Origin: a virus
Taxonomy: Duplodnaviria; Heunggongvirae; Uroviricota; Caudoviricetes
Virus record (IMG/VR): IMGVR_UViG_3300028585_000002
Coordinates: 1-15,336 of that record
Direction: 5' to 3' (one strand)
DNA: 15,336 nt
Shown: piece by piece, positions 1-7,243 of the stretch
How the letters are laid out: each line of letters starts with the position of its first letter
How positions within the stretch are numbered: position 1 is the stretch's first letter
Position numbers and translations under genes: made by a program
Notes under the pieces: generated by a model
Told to the model about the DNA's origin: nothing
The model's database searches: none
Seen by the model: the letters and a program-made list of their open reading frames with translations, nothing else

Positions 1-537
1 AGCAATGAAAATCTGAAGGCACAAGAAGCGACGGCGCAAGCCGTTGAGACCCCGAAGCTGGTCCATCAAATCGTGTTCGACGCGGACGGTGTCGGTTCCT
101 CGATCTTCCAGGCCCTCGGCCTGCGCGAAGGCGCGTTCGCCGTTCCGACCGACCTCAAGAGCGACATCGCAGCCCGCTTCAAGCTGGTTGACGGCGCTGT
201 CACGCTGACCTCGGAAGACGCCGACGATGACTGGCGCCAAGCCCAGATCGAAGCCGAAGCCAAGGAAGCTGCGGAACGGGCGAACAGCCGTCGTGCAAAC
301 ATGAAGCTGACTCCGCTGGAGTTCTACGGCGTGTTCACCCAGAAGGAGCTGGCGGGCATCTACATGGCGGCCAAAGAGGACGTGAACGCGCAGATCTACC
401 TGGATCAGCTCAAGGTGGCTCAGGACGTAACCCTGTCCGATCCGCGCACGCAGCACAACCTGTTCAGCCTGGTTGCCGCTGGCCTGCTGACGCAAGAGCG
501 CGCCGAGGCGATCATTCGCGGCGAAGTCCCGGCATAA
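1..537 (+). CDS. Tail-fibre-associated/assembly-like protein, 5' partial
   Basis: Frame 1 is open from base 1 (SNENLKAQ...). C-terminal LTPLEF..FT..E...D..L.DP.T....LV..GLLT.ERA..I pattern is typical of small proteins next to phage tail fibres. Confidence 0.6.
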   Translation, partial: SNENLKAQEATAQAVETPKLVHQIVFDADGVGSSIFQALGLREGAFAVPTDLKSDIAARFKLVDGAVTLTSEDADDDWRQAQIEAEAKEAAERANSRRANMKLTPLEFYGVFTQKELAGIYMAAKEDVNAQIYLDQLKVAQDVTLSDPRTQHNLFSLVAAGLLTQERAEAIIRGEVPA

Positions 538-570
538 GGCTCGGCCGGCTCTTATGCCGGTCTTACCAAT

Positions 571-612
571 AGGCGGTCATCGGGGTGGAAAGTCCTTGGT
601 GGCCGCCTTTTT
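571..612 (+). terminator. Rho-independent terminator-like hairpin
   Basis: AGGCGGTCATCGGGG ... CCTTGGTGGCCGCCT stem (several G-T wobbles) followed by TTTTT. Confidence 0.6.
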
Positions 613-624
613 CATAGGTGCTGC

Positions 625-909
625 ATGAACCGTTTTTCCCTTCTTCTTATCTTCCTGTTGTGCCAGGTGGCCAGCGCAGTTTCTGCCCTCTGGATGCTAG
701 TCGCGATCCTGGTCGGCTCCGATCGGGCATGGCGCCTGGCGATCTCTTACGACCAGCTGGCCAACACCGCGACCGGCGGTAGCGAGGACGAGACGATCAG
801 CAGCCGCGCGAACCGGGCCAGGCTCGAGGGCCGGCGCTGGGGGTGCGTGCTGTGCAAGCTGCTCGACAAGTTTGAAAAGGACCACTGCCCGAAATCGGCA
901 GGAGTATAA
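625..909 (+). CDS. Phage hypothetical membrane protein
   Basis: Hydrophobic N-terminus, DQLAN..GG..DETISSR and C..LC......HC motifs familiar from small phage proteins; AGGTG SD upstream. Confidence 0.8.
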   Translation: MNRFSLLLIFLLCQVASAVSALWMLVAILVGSDRAWRLAISYDQLANTATGGSEDETISSRANRARLEGRRWGCVLCKLLDKFEKDHCPKSAGV

Positions 910-932
910 GCGGCTGTTGCGGGAATTCACAA

Positions 933-976
933 TAAGTCACCAGTGACTTGATTTGTCAACTGGTGGCTGTTAAACT
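933..976 (+). promoter_or_regulatory. Palindromic operator AAGTCAC-CA-GTGACTT overlapping a sigma70-like promoter for the lysis cassette
   Basis: Perfect 7-2-7 palindrome 934-949; TTGATT (948-953), 17-bp spacer, TGn-TAAACT (971-976). Confidence 0.7.
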
Positions 977-1014
977 CCCGCAACGCCTTTGCAAGCGAAT
1001 GACGAAGGATCGAC

Positions 1015-1368
1015 ATGATTGACGACCAACAAGGATTTGAAATGCCGAACCAGAGTGTATTCGACCAGCGTATGGACTCGATGGCCGACGAGCTGCGCGA
1101 AATGCGTAGCGCCGTTTCCAAAGTAGCCGAGGCCTTGACCAAGCTCTCCGTCCTGGAGGAGCGCAACGCCACCACCAACCAGGCCATCGAGAAGATCGCC
1201 CAGCGCCAGGACAAGGTCGAGGATAAGATCTCCTCGCTCGAGCTGGAGCAGGTGAAGTTCGAATCGAACGCGAAGGGCATGGCAACTGCTGTCAAGCTGT
1301 TCTGGGGCGTCTTCGGCGGCGGCGCGCTGTACATCGGCTCCGAGCTGATCAAGCAGTTCGCTCACTGA
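1015..1368 (+). CDS. Coiled-coil protein with C-terminal TM segment (holin-associated/XhlA-like)
   Basis: Heptad-rich body, C-terminal hydrophobic LFWGVFGGGALYIG, directly upstream of endolysin, AAGGA SD. Confidence 0.75.
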   Translation: MIDDQQGFEMPNQSVFDQRMDSMADELREMRSAVSKVAEALTKLSVLEERNATTNQAIEKIAQRQDKVEDKISSLELEQVKFESNAKGMATAVKLFWGVFGGGALYIGSELIKQFAH

Positions 1369-1369
1369 T

Positions 1370-2005
1370 ATGGCTCTGACACCTGCCCAGTTTAGCGCCG
1401 CAATGCCGCGTGCAGGCGCGCACTTTCTCCCCTGGATCAACAAAGCCATCGAGCTGGCCGATGCAAGCACGCGCAACCGGCTTCACATGTTCCTGGCAAC
1501 GGTCGCTCACGAGTCGAGCGATCTGTGCCGCCTCGAGGAGAACCTGAACTACTCGGCCGAGGGCCTTTGCAAGACCTGGCCGTCGCGCTTTACAGCTCAG
1601 TCATCGGTGACTTACGCGCGCAATCCGCAGAAGATCGCCAACAAGGTCTATGCGCTGCGCGGCGGTAACGGTGACGAGAAATCGGGCGACGGCTGGCTCT
1701 ACCGCGGCGCCGGCGCCATCCAGCTGACCTTCAAGGCCAACCAGGTGGCATGCGCCAAGTTCTTCGGCAAAAAGCCCGAGGAGATCGGCGCCTGGCTGCG
1801 CACCCCGGAAGGGGCATGCCTGTCGGCCGCCTGGTTCTGGAAGACCCGCGGCTGCAACGACTTTGCCGATCACGACGACTTTGACGGCGTGTGCGACATC
1901 GTCAACATCGGCCGCAAGACGACCGCGCAAGGCGACGCCATCGGCTTCGTTGACCGCCTGGTGCGCCTGAAGGCTATCCGCCTCGCCCTGAAGACCACAA
2001 CCTGA
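1370..2005 (+). CDS. Endolysin, glycoside hydrolase family 19
   Basis: FLATVAHESSDLCRLEENLNYS and GDGWLYRGAGAIQLT match GH19 endolysin motifs; both catalytic Glu present. Confidence 0.92.
   Translation: MALTPAQFSAAMPRAGAHFLPWINKAIELADASTRNRLHMFLATVAHESSDLCRLEENLNYSAEGLCKTWPSRFTAQSSVTYARNPQKIANKVYALRGGNGDEKSGDGWLYRGAGAIQLTFKANQVACAKFFGKKPEEIGAWLRTPEGACLSAAWFWKTRGCNDFADHDDFDGVCDIVNIGRKTTAQGDAIGFVDRLVRLKAIRLALKTTT
1597..1614 (-). promoter_or_regulatory. Intragenic copy of the operator motif (TAAGTCACCGATGACTGA on - strand)
   Basis: Matches TAAGTCACC-R-N-TGA, inside the endolysin CDS. Confidence 0.55.
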
Positions 2006-2015
2006 AGGAATAGAC

Positions 2016-2234
2016 ATGTTCGACAAACTGCGGGGCGCGCTGCGCTCCAAAACCATCTGGTTCAACGCTGTCGCCATCCCGGTGCTGGCCACGATCTTCG
2101 ACCAGGCCCAGGCCAACCTCGGCGCGCTGGCGCCGTACCTGGCTGACGACAAGATGAAGGTGCTCGCCGTGGCCTCGATCGGCGGCAACATCATCCTGCG
2201 CGCGCTGGTGACGGAACGCCTGGAGCACAAATGA
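2016..2234 (+). CDS. Putative holin
   Basis: 72 aa, two hydrophobic segments, RSKTIWFN and N..LR..T..L..K pattern, between endolysin and spanin; AAGGA SD. Confidence 0.75.
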   Translation: MFDKLRGALRSKTIWFNAVAIPVLATIFDQAQANLGALAPYLADDKMKVLAVASIGGNIILRALVTERLEHK

Positions 2235-2698
2235 CCTGGCGCGTCTGCACCCTGCTCGTCGCCGCGGCCCTGACCGTCGGCTTCAGCGTGGGCTACCACG
2301 TCAAGGACCAGGCGACCCAGGCGGCTGTCGTGAAGCAGACCACCGCGGCGGTCAAGCAGGCCGGCGCCAACATCGCCGAATCGGCGGTTCGCAGCCAACA
2401 AGTCGAGGCAGCGATCCAGCAAACCGACTCCAACATCGACCAGCTCAAAGCGGCCGCACAGGCGCGCCTGCAGAAGGGGAAGACCCATGAAACAACCATC
2501 CGTGTCGGCGGCAACGCTGGGCATGACAACGGTGCAGGTCGCATCGCCACCGCCACCACCACCGAGCAACCAGGACCGGCTGGTGACGCTGCTGACGATT
2601 GCGGCAGCGATCGCCGCCTTGATTTTGGCACTGTGCGGCTGCTCAACCGCGCCCGCGACGAAGGCGCCGTGGAGTCCGCCCCAGGCAGCGCTGGTTAA
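2231..2698 (+). CDS. Rz: i-spanin (Rz-like)
   Basis: N-terminal TM anchor, Ala/Gln-rich coiled coil, overlaps a downstream lipoprotein gene; ATGA overlap with holin stop. Confidence 0.75.
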   Translation: MTWRVCTLLVAAALTVGFSVGYHVKDQATQAAVVKQTTAAVKQAGANIAESAVRSQQVEAAIQQTDSNIDQLKAAAQARLQKGKTHETTIRVGGNAGHDNGAGRIATATTTEQPGPAGDAADDCGSDRRLDFGTVRLLNRARDEGAVESAPGSAG

Positions 2699-2882
2699 GT
2701 CCGAGCCGCTGCCGAAGCTGGCCGACGACCCTGACCAGGCCGATGACGCCCAGTCCACGATCGGCATCGAGGAGCTGGTCGCCGACAACTTCAACCTGGT
2801 CAAGGCGTACAAGCGCCTGGCCAAGCGGCACGACGAGCTGGTCGACGCCGTGATGCAGCGGCTGCAGATCCAGGCAAAATGA
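2487..2882 (+). CDS. Rz1: o-spanin lipoprotein (Rz1-like); alternative start GTG 2583
   Basis: Hydrophobic stretch plus lipobox LCGC (Cys codon 2640), Pro-rich mature N-terminus, overlaps Rz in another frame. Confidence 0.75.
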   Translation: MKQPSVSAATLGMTTVQVASPPPPPPSNQDRLVTLLTIAAAIAALILALCGCSTAPATKAPWSPPQAALVKSEPLPKLADDPDQADDAQSTIGIEELVADNFNLVKAYKRLAKRHDELVDAVMQRLQIQAK

Positions 2883-3132
2883 TCCACCTGACGATGACCC
2901 CGACGTTTCCAGCGTTCGCGTGTACGACGAGCCTGGAGGCTACAACGCCAGGCGGCCGTACCTTGCTATTTTCAAGGTGACGCACCTGACCGACACGACT
3001 GCCTATATCCATAGCGCAGTGGGGAAAATCGACCGCGAGACACGGACCAAGGCGCTCAACCTCTTGCGAGAGAAAGGCATCAAGACCGTGATGCTCGAGC
3101 GCCATGGACGCATAAAAACCGTGGAGCTGTGA
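2879..3132 (+). CDS. Small phage hypothetical protein; apparent 1-nt frameshift at CCCC 2898-2901 (intact ORF from GTG 2920)
   Basis: ATG 2879 overlaps the spanin stop and reads MIHLTMT; the long ORF frame reads PDVSSVRVYDEPGG; one extra C would join them. Confidence 0.65.
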
Positions 3133-3152
3133 TCAAGCAGAGTGGACTCAAG

Positions 3153-3440
3153 TCAAAGGCCCCCTCCCGGATTGCAGAGCCTGCAGCTATGTGGTCTTGG
3201 GCGGAAACCGCATCTCTCGGTCACATAAACTCCATTGTCCGGATCGGATTCCCGTTCACAGTGCCGAGGTCTGTCGTCGCGACGTGGCAGCGCTGCGTCT
3301 AAAATGTCGTGATCGGCTTCAGCTTCGATTCCCGCTATGTGATGATTAACCGCATCATCAATCTCCGCTTGGTCGAAGTCCGCTTTTTGTGGCTTTGACG
3401 GCTGTTCCCGTTCTTGGGGCTGGGTCTTGTCTTCGCTCAT
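3153..3440 (-). CDS. Hypothetical protein, moron-like (95 aa, acidic N-half, Cys-containing C-terminus)
   Basis: MSEDKTQPQ... open to 3153 in a lower-GC gap otherwise free of genes; TGc-TAAATT extended -10 on - strand at 3484-3476; SD weak. Confidence 0.4.
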   Translation of the reverse strand: MSEDKTQPQEREQPSKPQKADFDQAEIDDAVNHHIAGIEAEADHDILDAALPRRDDRPRHCERESDPDNGVYVTERCGFRPRPHSCRLCNPGGGL

Positions 3441-3549
3441 TGGATGCTTTCGTGCTTCACGGTGTCGGGAATACCAATTTAGCAATACTGACATACCTTC
3501 AGTCCATACAGACATCGAGGAGAAGATTTTTTCGAAAGCATATAGAAGA

Positions 3550-3571
3550 TAAGTCACCGCTGAGGTATATT
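3550..3571 (+). promoter_or_regulatory. Operator motif TAAGTCACCGCTGA followed by -10-like TATATT upstream of phoH
   Basis: Motif starts 3550, TATATT 3566-3571. Confidence 0.65.
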
Positions 3572-3611
3572 CAAGGCTGGTCCACCCCTCAATCAGCAAG
3601 GAAGCGGAAAT

Positions 3612-4379
3612 ATGCCTAAGCACCAGACCTCCAACCGCAGCGAACAGCGCAAAGCCAAACGCAGCGGTGCCCCACAGGACCAGCACTTCCTCGAGGCCAT
3701 GCCTCCATCCCGCCCGATTAAGGCGCCCCCATTCCAACCCAAGAACGACAAGCAGCGACGCTATGCAGCGTCCATGCGCGCGGGTGGTGTCACGTTCGGT
3801 CTCGGCCCCGCTGGCACCGGCAAAACCTACGTAGCGGGCACCCTTGCAGCTGAAGCGCTCATGAGCAAGACCGTCGAGAAGATCATCCTGACCCGACCTG
3901 CCGTGGAAGCAGGCGGCGAGAACCTGGGCTTCCTGCCTGGCGAGAAGGAAGACAAGTTCGATCCGTACTTCGACCCATTCCGTGATGTGCTCGAGGAGCG
4001 CCTGGGCAAGTCGTTCGTGGAATACCTGATCAAGGAAGGCCGGATCAAGTGCGAGCCGTTCGCCTACATGCGCGGCAAGACCTTCAAGAACGCCTTCGTG
4101 ATCCTGGACGAAGCCCAGAACGCCACCACGGCGCAGTTCAAGCTGTTCCTGACCCGCGTTGGCCAGGACGCGATCGTGGTCATCGACGGCGACGAGAGCC
4201 AGGCTGACATCCGGGAATCGGGCCTGATCGACACGGCCAACCGCCTGATGCATATCCCGAGCGTGAAGGTGGTCATGTTTGCCAAGGCAGACATCGTGCG
4301 CAGCGGCTTCGTGCAGGAGGTGGTGGAGGCATTCGAAGCGCCGGCGCCGGATCGCGTCAATCCGATCCTGCAGCGCTAA
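3612..4379 (+). CDS. phoH: PhoH-like ATPase
   Basis: GPAGTGKT Walker A, RPAVEAG, LGFLPG, YMRGKTF, ILDEAQN, DGDESQ.D motifs. Confidence 0.95.
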   Translation: MPKHQTSNRSEQRKAKRSGAPQDQHFLEAMPPSRPIKAPPFQPKNDKQRRYAASMRAGGVTFGLGPAGTGKTYVAGTLAAEALMSKTVEKIILTRPAVEAGGENLGFLPGEKEDKFDPYFDPFRDVLEERLGKSFVEYLIKEGRIKCEPFAYMRGKTFKNAFVILDEAQNATTAQFKLFLTRVGQDAIVVIDGDESQADIRESGLIDTANRLMHIPSVKVVMFAKADIVRSGFVQEVVEAFEAPAPDRVNPILQR

Positions 4380-4390
4380 ACCGCGGCACC

Positions 4391-4437
4391 GGCCCCAGGT
4401 TCCAGTAAGGACTTGGGGCTGAAATAGACTTGGGGCC
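4391..4437. repeat. Inverted plus direct repeat: GGCCCCAGGT and two copies of GACTTGGGGC (4410-4419, 4427-4436)
   Basis: Read directly; the 5' arm can pair with either downstream copy. Confidence 0.75.
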
Positions 4438-4446
4438 GCCACTCCC

Positions 4447-4510
4447 TTTCTATAAGTTTTAAGTATTATTACAAAACATCATTTAAGTATTTAAGGTTTT
4501 AAAGAATATA
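4447..4510. other. Extremely AT-rich tract with TTTAAGTATT direct repeats; candidate origin or promoter region
   Basis: 10 G/C in 64 nt; TTTAAGTATT at 4458-4467 and 4482-4491; sits at the head of the replication genes. Confidence 0.5.
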
Positions 4511-5235
4511 TGGAAACCGAGGACACCCCCAACCCGATCGAAGCCACGCACGGCGCCTTCTTCGGCAGCGGCCTAGACTTCTTCACCTGTGAGGCCCTGG
4601 CCATCGCCAAGATCGACCGCAAGAGCCTGGCGCTCGAGCCGGCCCTGTACGAGCGCAAGTGGTTCGACTACCGGCGCCTGCACCCGACGATGGCCACCTA
4701 CCTGCTCGCGCACCACTTCAATACTGCATACGGGCGCTTGATGGGCGAGGCGTTCGACCACAAGAAACGCTTCATGGCGGCCTTCAAGGGGAAAGACGTG
4801 ATGGCCGCGCGCGAGGTCAAGTCCTTCTGGAAGCTGCGCCAGAAGATCGACGAGGCCGGCATCCGGTACGACTTCTTCTGCCGCAAGGCGATGGAGTGGT
4901 GCATGATCAACGGCTGGCGCCAGCCGCCCCGCCCCTCTCACGTCAATACCAACGACGAGATGAACATCTGGATCCTCAACCAGTGGGACGAGGAGCGGCG
5001 CGCAAAGATCCAGTGGGCACAAGACAAGCATTTCGCGGCATCGAGCTGGTGCGGTGCGCCCGACCAGGAGGCGTACGAGCAATACCTGCTGGAGCAGATC
5101 ATGTCCAAACCATTGCCGCAGTACGCCCTTCATGCTGCGCTTTATGTATATGACGCGCTGCGCATCGAAACGGCGATCGCGAACCTGCCGGCGACGGCGG
5201 TTGATGCGGCTATTCAATTTGAGCGCGACAGATAA
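4510..5235 (+). CDS. Phage hypothetical protein at the head of the replication block
   Basis: 241-aa ORF with the same codon bias as neighbours, aromatic-rich (KWFDYRRLHP); no recognisable catalytic motif. Confidence 0.8.
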   Translation: METEDTPNPIEATHGAFFGSGLDFFTCEALAIAKIDRKSLALEPALYERKWFDYRRLHPTMATYLLAHHFNTAYGRLMGEAFDHKKRFMAAFKGKDVMAAREVKSFWKLRQKIDEAGIRYDFFCRKAMEWCMINGWRQPPRPSHVNTNDEMNIWILNQWDEERRAKIQWAQDKHFAASSWCGAPDQEAYEQYLLEQIMSKPLPQYALHAALYVYDALRIETAIANLPATAVDAAIQFERDR

Positions 5236-5254
5236 GTCACCACTGAACTATAAT
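5233..5254 (+). promoter_or_regulatory. Operator motif TAAGTCACCACTGA plus perfect TATAAT -10
   Basis: Motif begins at the TAA stop of the upstream gene; TATAAT 5249-5254; GCGACA 18 bp upstream. Confidence 0.75.
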
Positions 5255-5309
5255 GGTCGGGTCAGCGCATCAAGTGATGCGCATCCAACCCCAATACCAG
5301 GAGAAATAC

Positions 5310-5777
5310 ATGACTTTCGCACAAGACACCACTGACGCAGTTCGCCGCGACCAGCTCGAGGCGGCTCGCAGCATGACCGACGACACCGACGCGCCGCGCC
5401 GCGCGACCCTGAGCCTGGCCAGCAGCCGCCCGCGCCCAACCGCCGGCAGCCGTTCGGGCATCGGCGCGCCCGAGAAGAAGAAGAACGTGCTCAAGGGGCA
5501 CGAAGCCTTCCTGAAGGCGCTGGAGATGAACGGTGCGCGCATCGAAGTCGAGAAGTGCGACGGCACGACCTACCGCGGCATCCTCAAGCACACCGACAAG
5601 TATTCGATCACGCTGAACGTGACCGAGCGCGGCGACGTGCAGGAAGACGGCGTGTTTGACCCGGTGCCGGCGCGTGACCGCGTCATCTTCAAGCACGACA
5701 TCAGCGAGTTCTCGGCGCTGACCCACCGCCCGAACGTCGCACCAGCGCCAGCACCGACCATCGAAGGAAACGCATAA
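5310..5777 (+). CDS. hfq: Hfq-like (Sm-fold) RNA-binding protein with N-terminal extension
   Basis: FLKAL-x13-G-x4-G-x5-DKY.I.L is colinear with the Hfq Sm1 motif and IFKHDIS with YKHAIS (Sm2); AGGAG SD before ATG 5310. Confidence 0.82.
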   Translation: MTFAQDTTDAVRRDQLEAARSMTDDTDAPRRATLSLASSRPRPTAGSRSGIGAPEKKKNVLKGHEAFLKALEMNGARIEVEKCDGTTYRGILKHTDKYSITLNVTERGDVQEDGVFDPVPARDRVIFKHDISEFSALTHRPNVAPAPAPTIEGNA

Positions 5778-7243
5778 TGACCGAAGCAGTCGCAACCGCA
5801 GCAGAAGAGGCGGTCGTGGCGATGGTAGGTGCTGCAATGAGCGGTGCCGGCTACGCCCCGCCCCCGTCGCCACACGCGGCACCAGAAGTGCTGTTCGGCG
5901 ACGAGAAGTTCGAATTCGACGCGGAGTTCCAGAGCAAGGTGGCCACGCACTCGATGCGTAACCTGGACTTCCTGCGCAAGATTGCCCACCTGCTCAAGCC
6001 GGACTACTTCGAAAACGCCGGTGAGGCGGCGATGGTCAACATCGCACTACGCTACTACCGCCAGTACGGCTCGGTGCCGACCGTCCTGGCCGCGCGTGAG
6101 TTCTTCGCCGAAGACATCCGCAACAAGGTCGTGCGCAGCGACATCCGGCCGGCAGCGATGGAGGCATTCAAGACTTGCTTCCAGCCGGCGGCGGACCTGT
6201 CTGATGGCCAGTACATCGCCGAGCGGGTCGCGGAGTTCGCGCGCCACCAGGCTATTTCGGCCACGATCTTGCAGTCGGTCGACCTGTTGGAGAAGAAGCA
6301 GTTCGACAAGATCGCCAAGAACGTCAAGGCAGCGTGCGACGTTGGCATCAACACCGACGGCGAAGAGTACGACTACTACGAGCGCATCGCTGAGCGTACC
6401 GCCGAGCGCGCTGACCGCCTGGCGGGCAAGCTCCCACCGACCGGGATCACCACCGGCCACCGGATGATCGACGACCTGCTCTATCACAAGGGCTGGGGTC
6501 GCAAGGAGCTGTCCGTCATCCTCGGTGGTGCGAAGGCCGGTAAGACCACGTTCCTGATCAACGCTGCGAAGGCGGCGTCGCTGGCCGGCTTCAACGTCCT
6601 CTACGTCACCTGCGAAGTGGCCAGCCGCATCATCGCCGAGCGTCTTGATGCCTCGATGACGGACACCGAGATCAAGAATCTCATGGCCAAGATGAAGGAG
6701 GTCGAGGGCAAGCTGCGGGCGACCATGCCGCGCGCGGGCAAGATCAAGTTCGCCGAGTACCCTTCGGGCACGCTCACACCGTCCATGCTGCGCGGGCTGA
6801 TCGAGTCGTATAAGTCGCCACGCCTGAACCCGGATGGCACCGTGCGCGAGCCGGTCCAGTTCGACATGATCGTGGTCGACTATGCCGACATTATGGCGCC
6901 GGACTTCCGCACCCAGGATGCAATCGAGAACAGCAAGGGCATCTACCTGGCGCTGCGCGCGATCGCGATGGAAGAGAACGTCGCGATGCTGTCGGCAACG
7001 CAGACCAACCGGGAAGGCATGAAGTCGACCGTGGCCACCGCAACGCACGTCGCGGACGACATCAACAAGGTCCGGACGGTCGACATCATGATCTCGATCA
7101 ACATCACGGACGAGGAGCGCGCGAACGGCGAGGCGCGTCTGTACTTCGCCGCGTCTCGTAACCAGGCGGGCGGCTTCACGATCTTCATCAAGCAGGAGCT
7201 GGAAAAAATGAAGTTCATCGCAAGCATCATCCGGGTGGAGTAA
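5777..7243 (+). CDS. dnaB: Replicative SF4 (DnaB/gp41-like) DNA helicase
   Basis: GWGRKELSVILGGAKAGKT Walker A, YVTCE, IVVDYAD, ATQTNR motifs. Confidence 0.93.
   Translation: MTEAVATAAEEAVVAMVGAAMSGAGYAPPPSPHAAPEVLFGDEKFEFDAEFQSKVATHSMRNLDFLRKIAHLLKPDYFENAGEAAMVNIALRYYRQYGSVPTVLAAREFFAEDIRNKVVRSDIRPAAMEAFKTCFQPAADLSDGQYIAERVAEFARHQAISATILQSVDLLEKKQFDKIAKNVKAACDVGINTDGEEYDYYERIAERTAERADRLAGKLPPTGITTGHRMIDDLLYHKGWGRKELSVILGGAKAGKTTFLINAAKAASLAGFNVLYVTCEVASRIIAERLDASMTDTEIKNLMAKMKEVEGKLRATMPRAGKIKFAEYPSGTLTPSMLRGLIESYKSPRLNPDGTVREPVQFDMIVVDYADIMAPDFRTQDAIENSKGIYLALRAIAMEENVAMLSATQTNREGMKSTVATATHVADDINKVRTVDIMISINITDEERANGEARLYFAASRNQAGGFTIFIKQELEKMKFIASIIRVE

Noticed and set aside
933-950. Operator as a host CRP site
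   Set aside because: Half-sites are TCAC..GTGA, the reverse arrangement of TGTGA-N6-TCACA
5253-5309. Longer start for the Hfq-like gene at ATG 5253
   Set aside because: That ATG overlaps the TATAAT box; ATG 5310 has a strong AGGAG SD
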